Source: Auanema rhodensis
Taxonomy: Eukaryota > Animalia > Nematoda
Length of the DNA: 64,000 bases
Direction: 5' to 3'
NCBI GenBank assembly: GCA_964057225.1
Contig: OZ059895.1
Location: 22,940,001-23,004,000 of the forward strand
The translations under genes and the position numbers were made by a program. Shown here piece by piece: positions 14,150 through 27,763 of this stretch. The notes under the pieces are model-generated. The model was not told where the DNA came from. It searched no databases and worked only from the letters and a program-made list of their open reading frames with translations. Numbering within the stretch: the stretch's first letter is position 1; each line of letters starts with the position of its first letter.

Positions 14150-17100
14150 TATTCAACGAAAAAATTATTCCTTCAGGGTGAAAATCGAGGATATAAGTGT
14201 GAACTTATATCAGTTGATATCTCGGTGCATTTTTAAGCTAGCGCAAATCTGATAACACAGATCGACGCAGCTTAAAAATCCGCATCGAATGCACTATACT
14301 ACATTGAGAAACGCTTAATACAAAAATTAGTTATGATCGTTTGAAAAATGATGCATTAGTGTATGTTGAGTTTCCATGTACACTCAACATTGCTTCCAAA
14401 AACATTTTGACAAAAATTTTTTCGAAAAATTTCAAAATAATTTAGCAAAAAGTAGATGTTTTTAGATTCCTTTTTTCAAGGCAAAGACGATGGACAATGT
14501 TTTTCAACGAAAAAATTATTCCTTCAGGGTGAAAATCGAGGATATAAGTGTGAACTTATATCAGTTGATATCTCGGTGCATTTTTAAGCTAGCGCAAATC
14601 TGATAACACAGATCGACGCAGCTTAAAAATCCGCATCGAATGCACTATACTACATTGAGAAACGCTTAATACAAAAATTAGTTATGATCGTTTGAAAAAT
14701 GATGCATTAGTGTATGTTGAGTTTCCATGTACACTCAACATTGCTTCCAAAAACATTTTGACAAAAATTTTTTCGAAAAATTTCAAAATAATTTAGCAAA
14801 AAGTAGATGTTTTTAGATTCCTTTTTTCAAGGCAAAGACGATGGACAATGTTATTCAACGAAAAAATTATTCCTTCAGGGTGAAAATCGAGGATATAAGT
14901 GTGAACTTATATCAGTTGATATCTCGGTGCATTTTTAAGCTAGCGCAAATCTGATAACACAGATCGACGCAGCTTAAAAATCCGCATCGAATGCACTATA
15001 CTACATTGAGAAACGCTTAATACAAAAATTAGTTATGATCGTTTGAAAAATGATGCATTAGTGTATGTTGAGTTTCCATGTACACTCAACATTGCTTCCA
15101 AAAACATTTTGACAAAAATTTTTTCGAAAAATTTCAAAATAATTTAGCAAAAAGTAGATGTTTTTAGATTCCTTTTTTCAAGGCAAAGACGATGGACAAT
15201 GTTATTCAACGAAAAAATTATTCCTTCAGGGTGAAAATCGAGGATATAAGTGTGAACTTATATCAGTTGATATCTCGGTGCATTTTTAAGCTAGCGCAAA
15301 TCTGATAACACAGATCGACGCAGCTTAAAAATCCGCATCGAATGCACTATACTACATTGAGAAACGCTTAATACAAAAATTAGTTATGATCGTTTGAAAA
15401 ATGATGCATTAGTGTATGTTGAGTTTCCATGTACACTCAACAATGCTTCCAAAAACATTTTGACAAAAATTTTTTCGAAAAATTTCAAAATAATTTAGCA
15501 AAAAGTAGATGTTTTTAGATTCCTTTTTTCAAGGCAAAGACGATGGACAATGTTATTCAACGAAAAATTTAATTCTTCAGGGTGAAAATCGAGGATATAA
15601 GTGTGAACTTATATCAGTTGATATCTCGGTGCATTTTTAAGCTAGCGCAAATCTGATAACACAGATCGACGCAGCTTAAAAATCCGCATCGAATGCACTA
15701 TACTACATTGAGAAACGCTTGATACAAAAATTAGTTATGATCGTTTGAAAAATGATGCATTAGTGTATGTTGAGTTTCCATGTACACTCAACAATGCTTC
15801 CAAAAACATTTTGACAAAAATTTTTTCGAAAAATTTCAAAATAATTTAGCAAAAAGTAGATGTTTTTAGATTTCTTTTTCCAAGGCAAAGACGATGGACA
15901 ATGTTATTCAACGAAAAAATTATTCCTTCAGGGTGAAAATCGAGGATATAAGTGTGAACTTATATCAGTTGATATCTCGGTGCATTTTTAAGCTAGCGCA
16001 AATCTGATAACACAGATCGACGCAGCTTAAAAATCCGCATCGAATGCACTATACTACATTGAGAAACGCTTGATACAAAAATTAGTTATGATCGTTTGAA
16101 AAATGATGCATTAGTGTATGTTGAGTTTCCATGTACACTCAACATTGCTTCCAAAAACATTTTGACAAAAATTTTTTCAAAAAATTTCAAAATAATTTAG
16201 CAAAAAGTAGATGTTTTTAGATTCCTTTTTTCAAGGCAAAGACGATGGACAATGTTATTCAACGAAAAAATTATTCCTTCAGGGTGAAAATCGAGGATAT
16301 AAGTGTGAACTTATATCAGTTGATATCTCGGTGCATTTTTAAGCTAGCGCAAATCTGATAACACAGATCGACGCAGCTTAAAAATCCGCATCGAATGCAC
16401 TATACTACATTGAGAAACGCTTAATACAAAAATTAGTTATGATCGTTTGAAAAATGATGCATTAGTGTATGTTGAGTTTCCATGTACACTCAACATTGCT
16501 TCCAAAAACATTTTGACAAAAATTTTTTCGAAAAATTTCAAAATAATTTAGCAAAAAGTAGATGTTTTTAGATTCCTTTTTTCAAGGCAAAGACGATGGA
16601 CAATGTTATTCAACGAAAAAATTATTCCTTCAGGGTGAAAATCGAGGATATAAGTGTGAACTTATATCAGTTGATATCTCGGTGCATTTTTAAGCTAGCG
16701 CAAATCTGATAACACAGATCGACGCAGCTTAAAAATCCGCATCGAATGCACTATACTACATTGAGAAACGCTTAATACAAAAATTAGTTATGATCGTTTG
16801 AAAAATGATGCATTAGTGTATGTTGAGTTTCCATGTACACTCAACATTGCTTCCAAAAACATTTTGACAAAAATTTTTTCGAAAAATTTCAAAATAATTT
16901 AGCAAAAAGTAGATGTTTTTAGATTCCTTTTTTCAAGGCAAAGACGATGGACAATGTTTTTCAACGAAAAAATTATTCCTTCAGGGTGAAAATCGAGGAT
17001 ATAAGTGTGAACTTATATCAGTTGATATCTCGGTGCATTTTTAAGCTAGCGCAAATCTGATAACACAGATCGACGCAGCTTAAAAATCCGCATCGAATGC

Positions 17101-18850
17101 ACTATACTACATTGAGAAACGCTTAATACAAAAATTAGTTATGATCGTTTGAAAAATGATGCATTAGTGTATGTTGAGTTTCCATGTACACTCAACATTG
17201 CTTCCAAAAACATTTTGACAAAAATTTTTTCGAAAAATTTCAAAATAATTTAGCAAAAAGTAGATGTTTTTAGATTCCTTTTTTCAAGGCAAAGACGATG
17301 GACAATGTTATTCAACGAAAAAATTATTCCTTCAGGGTGAAAATCGAGGATATAAGTGTGAACTTATATCAGTTGATATCTCGGTGCATTTTTAAGCTAG
17401 CGCAAATCTGATAACACAGATCGACGCAGCTTAAAAATCCGCATCGAATGCACTATACTACATTGAGAAACGCTTAATACAAAAATTAGTTATGATCGTT
17501 TGAAAAATGATGCATTAGTGTATGTTGAGTTTCCATGTACACTCAACATTGCTTCCAAAAACATTTTGACAAAAATTTTTTCGAAAAATTTCAAAATAAT
17601 TTAGCAAAAAGTAGATGTTTTTAGATTCCTTTTTTCAAGGCAAAGACGATGGACAATGTTATTCAACGAAAAAATTATTCCTTCAGGGTGAAAATCGAGG
17701 ATATAAGTGTGAACTTATATCAGTTGATATCTCGGTGCATTTTTAAGCTAGCGCAAATCTGATAACACAGATCGACGCAGCTTAAAAATCCGCATCGAAT
17801 GCACTATACTACATTGAGAAACGCTTAATACAAAAATTAGTTATGATCGTTTGAAAAATGATGCATTAGTGTATGTTGAGTTTCCATGTACACTCAACAA
17901 TGCTTCCAAAAACATTTTGACAAAAATTTTTTCGAAAAATTTCAAAATAATTTAGCAAAAAGTAGATGTTTTTAGATTCCTTTTTTCAAGGCAAAGACGA
18001 TGGACAATGTTATTCAACGAAAAATTTAATTCTTCAGGGTGAAAATCGAGGATATAAGTGTGAACTTATATCAGTTGATATCTCGGTGCATTTTTAAGCT
18101 AGCGCAAATCTGATAACACAGATCGACGCAGCTTAAAAATCCGCATCGAATGCACTATACTACATTGAGAAACGCTTGATACAAAAATTAGTTATGATCG
18201 TTTGAAAAATGATGCATTAGTGTATGTTGAGTTTCCATGTACACTCAACAATGCTTCCAAAAACATTTTGACAAAAATTTTTTCGAAAAATTTCAAAATA
18301 ATTTAGCAAAAAGTAGATGTTTTTAGATTTCTTTTTCCAAGGCAAAGACGATGGACAATGTTATTCAACGAAAAAATTATTCCTTCAGGGTGAAAATCGA
18401 GGATATAAGTGTGAACTTATATCAGTTGATATCTCGGTGCATTTTTAAGCTAGCGCAAATCTGATAACACAGATCGACGCAGCTTAAAAATCCGCATCGA
18501 ATGCACTATACTACATTGAGAAACGCTTGATACAAAAATTAGTTATGATCGTTTGAAAAATGATGCATTAGTGTATGTTGAGTTTCCATGTACACTCAAC
18601 ATTGCTTCCAAAAACATTTTGACAAAAATTTTTTCAAAAAATTTCAAAATAATTTAGCAAAAAGTAGATGTTTTTAGATTCCTTTTTTCAAGGCAAAGAC
18701 GATGGACAATGTTATTCAACGAAAAAATTATTCCTTCAGGGTGAAAATCGAGGATATAAGTGTGAACTTATATCAGTTGATATCTCGGTGCATTTTTAAG
18801 CTAGCGCAAATCTGATAACACAGATCGACGCAGCTTAAAAATCCGCATCG
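14150..18850 (+). repeat. 7-mer (2457 bp) higher-order duplication, two near-complete copies; boundaries approximate
   Basis: Rare variants repeat at +2457: ACAATGTTTT 14494/16951, AAAATTTAATTC ~15565/~18022, TTTCTTTTTCC 15871/18328, TTTTCAAAAAA ~16174/18631. Confidence 0.85.
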
Positions 18851-21800
18851 AATGCACTATACTACATTGAGAAACGCTTGATACAAAAATTAGTTATGAT
18901 CGTTTGAAAAATGATGCATTAGTGTATGTTGAGTTTCCATGTACACTCAACAATGCTTCCAAAAACATTTTGACAAAAATTTTTTCGAAAAATTTCAAAA
19001 TAATTTAGCAAAAAGTAGATGTTTTTAGATTTCTTTTTCCAAGGCAAAGACGATGGACAATGTTATTCAACGAAAAAATTATTCCTTCAGGGTGAAAATC
19101 GAGGATATAAGTGTGAACTTATATCAGTTGATATCTCGGTGCATTTTTAAGCTAGCGCAAATCTGATAACACAGATCGACGCAGCTTAAAAATCCGCATC
19201 GAATGCACTATACTACATTGAGAAACGCTTGATACAAAAATTAGTTATGATCGTTTGAAAAATGATGCATTAGTGTATGTTGAGTTTCCATGTACACTCA
19301 ACATTGCTTCCAAAAACATTTTGACAAAAATTTTTTCAAAAAATTTCAAAATAATTTAGCAAAAAGTAGATGTTTTTAGATTCCTTTTTTCAAGGCAAAG
19401 ACGATGGACAATGTTATTCAACGAAAAAATTATTCCTTCAGGGTGAAAATCGAGGATATAAGTGTGAACTTATATCAGTTGATATCTCGGTGCATTTTTA
19501 AGCTAGCGCAAATCTGATAACACAGATCGACGCAGCTTAAAAATCCGCATCGAATGCACTATACTACATTGAGAAACGCTTAATACAAAAATTAGTTATG
19601 ATCGTTTGAAAAATGATGCATTAGTGTATGTTGAGTTTCCATGTACACTCAACAATGCTTCCAAAAACATTTTGACAAAAATTTTTTCGAAAAATTTCAA
19701 AATAATTTAGCAAAAAGTAGATGTTTTTAGATTCCTTTTTCCAAGGCAAAGACGATGGACAATGTTATTCAACGAAAAAATTATTCCTTCAGGGTGAAAA
19801 TCGAGGATATAAGTGTGAACTTATATCAGTTGATATCTCGGTGCATTTTTAAGCTAGCGCAAATCTGATAACACAGATCGACACAGCTTAAAAATCCGCA
19901 TCGAATGCACTATACTACATTGAGAAACGCTTAATACAAAAATTAGTTATGATCGTTTGAAAAATGATGCATTAGTGTATGTTGAGTTTCCATGTACACT
20001 CAACATTGCTTCCAAAAACATTTTGACAAAAATTTTTTCGAAAAATTTCAGAATAATTTAGCAAAAAGTAGATGTTTTTAGATTCCTTTTTTCAAGGCAA
20101 AGACGATGGACAATGTTATTCAACGAAAAAATTATTCCTTCAGGGTGAAAATCGAGGATATAAGTGTGAACTTATATCAGTTGATATCTCGGTGCATTTT
20201 TAAGCTAGCGCAAATCTGATAACACAGATCGACGCAGCTTAAAAATCCGCATCGAATGCACTATACTACATTGAGAAACGCTTAATACTAAAATTAGTTA
20301 TGATCGTTTGAAAAATGATGCATTAGTGTATGTTGAGTTTCCATGTACACTCAACAATGCTTCCAAAAACATTTTGACAAAAATTTTTTCGAAAAATTTC
20401 AAAATAATTTAGCAAAAAGTAGATGTTTTTAGATTCCATTTTTCAAGGCAAAGACGATGGACAATGTTATACAACGAAAAAATTATTCCTTCAGGGTGAA
20501 AATCGAGGATATAAGTGTGAACTTATATCAGTTGATGTCTCGGTGCATTTTTAAGCTAGCGCAAATCTGATAACACAGATCGACGCAGCTTAAAAATCCG
20601 CATCGAATGCACTAAACTACATTGAGAAACGCTTGATACAAAAATTAGTTATGATCGTTTGAAAAATGATGCATTAGTGTATGTTGAGTTTCCATGTACA
20701 CTCAACATTGCTTCCAAAAACATTTTGACAAAAATTTTTTCGAAAAATTTCAAAATAATTTAGCAAAAAGTAGATGTTTTTAGATTCCTTTTTTCAAGGC
20801 AAAGACGATGGACAATGTTATTCAACGAAAAAATTATTCCTTCAGGGTGAAAATCGAGGATATAAGTGTGAACTTATATCAGTTGATATCTCGGTGCATT
20901 TTTAAGCTAGCGCAAATCTGATAACACAGATCGACGCAGCTTAAAAATCCGCATCGAATGCACTATACTACATTGAGAAACGCTTAATACAAAAATTAGT
21001 TATGATCGTTTGAAAAATGATGCATTAGTGTATGTTGAGTTTCCATGTACACTCAACATTGCTTCCAAAAACATTTTGACAAAAATTTTTTCGAAAAATT
21101 TCAGAATAATTTAGCAAAAAGTAGATGTTTTTAGATTCCTTTTTTCAAGGCAAAGACGATGGACAATGTTATTCAACGAAAAAATTATTCCTTCAGGGTG
21201 AAAATCGAGGATATAAGTGTGAACTTATATCAGTTGATATCTCGGTGCATTTTTAAGCTAGCGCAAATCTGATAACACAGATCGACGCAGCTTAAAAATC
21301 CGCATCGAATGCACTATACTACATTGAGAAACGCTTAATACAAAAATTAGTTATGATCGTTTGAAAAATGATGCATTAGTGTATGTTGAGTTTCCATGTA
21401 CACTCAACAATGCTTCCAAAAACATTTTGACAAAAATTTTTTCGAAAAATTTCAAAATAATTTAGCAAAAAGTAGATGTTTTTAGATTCCTTTTTCCAAG
21501 GCAAAGACGATGGACAATGTTATTCAACGAAAAAATTATTCCTTCAGGGTGAAAATCGAGGATATAAGTGTGAACTTATATCAGTTGATATCTCGGTGCA
21601 TTTTTAAGCTAGCGCAAATCTGATAACACAGATCGACGCAGCTTAAAAATCCGCATCGAATGCACTATACTACATTGAGAAACGCTTAATACAAAAATTA
21701 GTTATGATCGTTTGAAAAATGATGCATTAGTGTATGTTGAGTTTCCATGTACACTCAACAATGCTTCCAAAAACATTTTGACAAAAATTTTTTCAAAAAA

Positions 21801-24800
21801 TTTCAAAATAATTTAGCAAAAAGTAGATGTTTTTAGATTCCTTTTTTCAAGGCAAAGACGATGGACAATGTTATTCAACGAAAAAATTATTCCTTCAGGG
21901 TGAAAATCGAGGATATAAGTGTGAATTTATATCAGTTGATATCTCGGTGCATTTTTAAGCTAGCGCAAATCTGATAACACAGATCGACGCAGCTTAAAAA
22001 TCCGCATCGAATGCACTGAACTACATTGAGAAACGCTTGATACAAAAATTAGTTATGATCGTTTGAAAAATGATGCATTAGTGTATGTTGAGTTTCCATG
22101 TACACTCAACATTGCTTCCAAAAACATTTTGACAAAAATTTTTTCGAAAAATTTCAAAATAATTTAGCAAAAAGTAGATGTTTTTAGATTCCTTTTTTCA
22201 AGGCAAAGACGATGGACAATGTTATTCAACGAAAAAATTATTCCTTCAGGGTGAAAATCGAGGATATAAGTGTGAACTTATATCAGTTGATATCTCGGTG
22301 CATTTTTAAGCTAGCGCAAATCTGATAACACAGATCGACGCAGCTTAAAAATCCGCATCGAATGCACTATACTACATTGAGAAACGCTTAATACAAAAAT
22401 TAGTTATGATCGTTTGAAAAATGATGCATTAGTGTATGTTGAGTTTCCATGTACACTCAACATTGCTTCCAAAAACATTTTGACAAAATTTTTTCGAAAA
22501 ATTTCAAAATAATTTAGCAAAAAGTAGATGTTTTTAGATTCCTTTTTTCAAGGCAAAGACGATGGACAATGTTTTTCAACGAAAAAATTATTCCTTCAGG
22601 GTGAAAATCGAGGATATAAGTGTGAACTTATATCAGTTGATATCTCGGTGCATTTTTAAGCTAGCGCAAATCTGATAACACAGATCGACGCAGCTTAAAA
22701 ATCCGCATCGAATGCACTATACTACATTGAGAAACGCTTAATACAAAAATTAGTTATGATCGTTTGAAAAATGATGCATTAGTGTATGTTGAGTTTCCAT
22801 GTACACTCAACATTGCTTCCAAAAACATTTTGACAAAAATTTTTTCGAAAAATTTCAAAATAATTTAGCAAAAAGTAGATGTTTTTAGATTCCTTTTTTC
22901 AAGGCAAAGACGATGGACAATGTTATTCAACGAAAAAATTATTCCTTCAGGGTGAAAATCGAGGATATAAGTGTGAACTTATATCAGTTGATATCTCGGT
23001 GCATTTTTAAGCTAGCGCAAATCTGATAACACAGATCGACGCAGCTTAAAAATCCGCATCGAATGCACTATACTACATTGAGAAACGCTTAATACAAAAA
23101 TTAGTTATGATCGTTTGAAAAATGATGCATTAGTGTATGTTGAGTTTCCATGTACACTCAACATTGCTTCCAAAAACATTTTGACAAAAATTTTTTCGAA
23201 AAATTTCAAAATAATTTAGCAAAAAGTAGATGTTCTTAGATTCCTTTTTTCAAGGCAAAGACGATGGACAATGTTATTCAACGAAAAAATTATTCCTTCA
23301 GGGTGAAAATCGAGGATATAAGTGTGAACTTATATCAGTTGATATCTCGGTGCATTTTTAAGCTAGCGCAAATCTGATAACACAGATCGACGCAGCTTAA
23401 AAATCCGCATCGAATGCACTATACTACATTGAGAAACGCTTAATACAAAAATTAGTTATGATCGTTTGAAAAATGATGCATTAGTGTATGTTGAGTTTCC
23501 ATGTACACTCAACAATGCTTCCAAAAACATTTTGACAAAAATTTTTTCGAAAAATTTCAAAATAATTTAGCAAAAAGTAGATGTTTTTAGATTCCTTTTT
23601 TCAAGGCAAAGACGATGGACAATGTTATTCAACGAAAAATTTAATTCTTCAGGGTGAAAATCGAGGATATAAGTGTGAACTTATATCAGTTGATATCTCG
23701 GTGCATTTTTAAGCTAGCGCAAATCTGATAACACAGATCGACGCAGCTTAAAAATCCGCATCGAATGCACTATACTACATTGAGAAACGCTTAATACAAA
23801 AATTAGTTATGATCGTTTGAAAAATGATGCATTAGTGTATGTTGAGTTTCCATGTACACTCAACAATGCTTCCAAAAACATTTTGACAAAAATTTTTTCG
23901 AAAAATTTCAAAATAATTTAGCAAAAAGTAGATGTTTTTAGATTTCTTTTTCCAAGGCAAAGACGATGGACAATGTTTTTCAACGAAAAAATTATTCCTT
24001 CAGGGTGAAAATCGAGGATATAAGTGTGAACTTATATCAGTTGATATCTCGGTGCATTTTTAAGCTAGCGCAAATCTGATAACACAGATCGACGCAGCTT
24101 AAAAATCCGCATCGAATGCACTATACTACATTGAGAAACGCTTAATACAAAAATTAGTTATGATCGTTTGAAAAATGATGCATTAGTGTATGTTGAGTTT
24201 CCATGTACACTCAACATTGCTTCCAAAAACATTTTGACAAAAATTTTTTCGAAAAATTTCAAAATAATTTAGCAAAAAGTAGATGTTTTTAGATTCCTTT
24301 TTTCAAGGCAAAGACGATGGACAATGTTATTCAACGAAAAAATTATTCCTTCAGGGTGAAAATCGAGGATATAAGTGTGAACTTATATCAGTTGATATCT
24401 CGGTGCATTTTTAAGCTAGCGCAAATCTGATAACACAGATCGACGCAGCTTAAAAATCCGCATCGAATGCACTATACTACATTGAGAAACGCTTAATACA
24501 AAAATTAGTTATGATCGTTTGAAAAATGATGCATTAGTGTATGTTGAGTTTCCATGTACACTCAACATTGCTTCCAAAAACATTTTGACAAAAATTTTTT
24601 CGAAAAATTTCAAAATAATTTAGCAAAAAGTAGATGTTTTTAGATTCCTTTTTTCAAGGCAAAGACGATGGACAATGTTATTCAACGAAAAAATTATTCC
24701 TTCAGGGTGAAAATCGAGGATATAAGTGTGAACTTATATCAGTTGATATCTCGGTGCATTTTTAAGCTAGCGCAAATCTGATAACACAGATCGACGCAGC

Positions 24801-24920
24801 TTAAAAATCCGCATCGAATGCACTATACTACATTGAGAAACGCTTAATACAAAAATTAGTTATGATCGTTTGAAAAATGATGCATTAGTGTATGTTGAGT
24901 TTCCATGTACACTCAACAAT

Positions 24921-27728
24921 GCTTCCAAAAACATTTTGACAAAAATTTTTTCGAAAAATTTCAAAATAATTTAGCAAAAAGTAGATGTTTTTAGACTTCT
25001 TTTTCCAAGGCAAAGACGATGGACAATGTTATTCAACGAAAAAATTATTCCTTCAGGGTGAAAATCGAGGATATAAGTGTGAACTTATATCAGTTGATAT
25101 CTCGGTGCATTTTTAAGCTAGCGCAAATCTGATAACACAGATCGACGCAGCTTAAAAATCCGCATCGAATGCACTATACTACATTGAGAAACGCTTAATA
25201 CAAAAATTAGTTATGATCGTTTGAAAAATGATGCATTAGTGTATGTTGAGTTTCCATGTACACTCAACATTGCTTCCAAAAACATTTTGACAAAAATTTT
25301 TTCGAAAAATTTCAAGATAATTTAGCAAAAAGTAGATGTTTTTAGATTCCTTTTTTCAAGGCAAAGACGATGGACAATGTTATTCAACGAAAAAATTATT
25401 CCTTCAGGGTGAAAATCGAGGATATAAGTGTGAACTTATATCAGTTGATATCTCGGTGCATTTTTAAGCTAGCGCAAATCTGATAACACAGATCGACGCA
25501 GCTTAAAAATCCGCATCGAATGCACTATACTACATTGAGAAACGCTTAATACAAAAATTAGTTATGATCGTTTGAAAAATGATGCATTAGTGTATGTTGA
25601 GTTTCCATGTACACTCAACAATGCTTCCAAAAACATTTTGACAAAAATTTTTTCGAAAAATTTCAAAATAATTTAGCAAAAAGTAGATGTTTTTAGATTC
25701 CTTTTTTCAAGGCAAAGACGATGGACAATGTTATTCAACGAAAAATTTAATTCTTCAGGGTGAAAATCGAGGATATAAGTGTGAACTTATATCAGTTGAT
25801 ATCTCGGTGCATTTTTAAGCTAGCGCAAATCTGATAACACAGATCGACGCAGCTTAAAAATCCGCATCGAATGCACTATACTACATTGAGAAACGCTTAA
25901 TACAAAAATTAGTTATGATCGTTTGAAAAATGATGCATTAGTGTATGTTGAGTTTCCATGTACACTCAACAATGCTTCCAAAAACATTTTGACAAAAATT
26001 TTTTCGAAAAATTTCAAAATAATTTAGCAAAAAGTAGATGTTTTTAGATTTCTTTTTCCAAGGCAAAGACGATGGACAATGTTATTCAACGAAAAAATTA
26101 TTCCTTCAGGGTGAAAATCGAGGATATAAGTGTGAACTTATATCAGTTGATATCTCGGTGCATTTTTAAGCTAGCGCAAATCTGATAACACAGATCGACG
26201 CAGCTTAAAAATCCGCATCGAATGCACTATACTACATTGAGAAACGCTTAATACAAAAATTAGTTATGATCGTTTGAAAAATGATGCATTAGTGTATGTT
26301 GAGTTTCCATGTACACTCAACATTGCTTCCAAAAACATTTTGACAAAAATTTTTTCGAAAAATTTCAAGATAATTTAGCAAAAAGTAGATGTTTTTAGAT
26401 TCCTTTTTTCAAGGCAAAGACGATGGACAATGTTATTCAACGAAAAAATTATTCCTTCAGGGTGAAAATCGAGGATATAAGTGTGAACTTATATCAGTTG
26501 ATATCTCGGTGCATTTTTAAGCTAGCGCAAATCTGATAACACAGATCGACGCAGCTTAAAAATCCGCATCGAATGCACTATACTACATTGAGCAACGCTC
26601 AATACAAAAATTAGTTATGATCGTTTGAAAAATGATGCATTAGTGTATGTTGAGTTTCCATGTACACTCAACATTGCTTCCAAAAACATTTTGACAAAAA
26701 TTTTTTCGAAAAATTTCAATATAATTTAGCAAAAAGTAGATGTTTTTAGATTCCTTTTTTTAAGGCAAAGACGATGGACAATGTTATTCAACGAAAAAAT
26801 TAATTCTTCAGGGTGAAAATCGAGGATATAAGTGTGAACTTATATCAGTTGATATCTCGGTGCATTTTTAAGCTAGCGCAAATCTGATAACACAGATCGA
26901 CGCAGCTTAAAAATCCGCATCGAATGCACTATACTACATTGAGAAACGCTTAATACAAAAATTAGTTATGATCGTTTGAAAAATGATGCATTAGTGTATG
27001 TTGAGTTTCCATGTACACTCAACAATGCTTCCAAAAACATTTTGACAAAAATTTTTTCGAAAAATTTCAAAATAATTTAGCAAAAAGTAGATGTTTTTAG
27101 ATTTCTTTTTCCAAGGCAAAGACGATGGACAATGTTATTCAACGAAAAAATTATTCCTTCAGGGTGAAAATCGAGGATATAAGTGTGAACTTATATCAGT
27201 TGATATCTCGGTGCATTTTTAAGCTAGCGCAAATCTGATAACACAGATCGACGCAGCTTAAAAATCCGCATCGAATGCACTATACTACATTGAGAAACGC
27301 TTAATACAAAAATTAGTTATGATCGTTTGAAAAATGATGCATTAGTGTATGTTGAGTTTCCATGTACACTCAACATTGCTTCCAAAAACATTTTGACAAA
27401 AATTTTTTCGAAAAATTTCAAGATAATTTAGCAAAAAGTAGATGTTTTTAGATTCCTTTTTTCAAGGCAAAGACGATGGACAATGTTATTCAACGAAAAA
27501 ATTATTCCTTCAGGGTGAAAATCGAGGATATAAGTGTGAACTTATATCAGTTGATATCTCGGTGCATTTTTAAGCTAGCGCAAATCTGATAACACAGATC
27601 GACGCAGCTTAAAAATCCGCATCGAATGCACTATACTACATTGAGAAACGCTTAATACAAAAATTAGTTATGATCCTTTGAAAAATGATGCATTAGTGTA
27701 TGTTGAGTTTCCATGTACACTCAACAAT
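24921..27728 (+). repeat. 3-mer (1053 bp) higher-order repeat, ~3 copies, abutting the junction
   Basis: Variant TTCAAGATAA at 25311, 26364 and 27417, each preceded by a TTCTTTTTCC monomer. Confidence 0.85.
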
Positions 27729-27752
27729 GCTTCCAAAAACATTTTGACAAAA

Positions 27753-27763
27753 CATAACATTTT
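27753..27763. other. Inversion junction with 11-bp filler CATAACATTTT
   Basis: The forward match ends at ...ATTTTGACAAAA (27752, monomer position 24). The reverse match begins at TGCGTCG (27764, monomer position 229). The intervening 11 bp fit neither register. Confidence 0.93.

Larger units (their letters stand above)
1..27752 (+). repeat. 351-bp tandem satellite array, left arm (~79 monomers; orientation arbitrarily called +)
   Basis: GCTTCCAAAAACATTTTGAC recurs at 1, 352, 3511, 7021, 14041 and 21061 (exact multiples of 351). A 1-bp deletion near 22489 shifts the register, and monomer 80 starts at 27729. Copies differ at only a few positions each. Confidence 0.99.
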
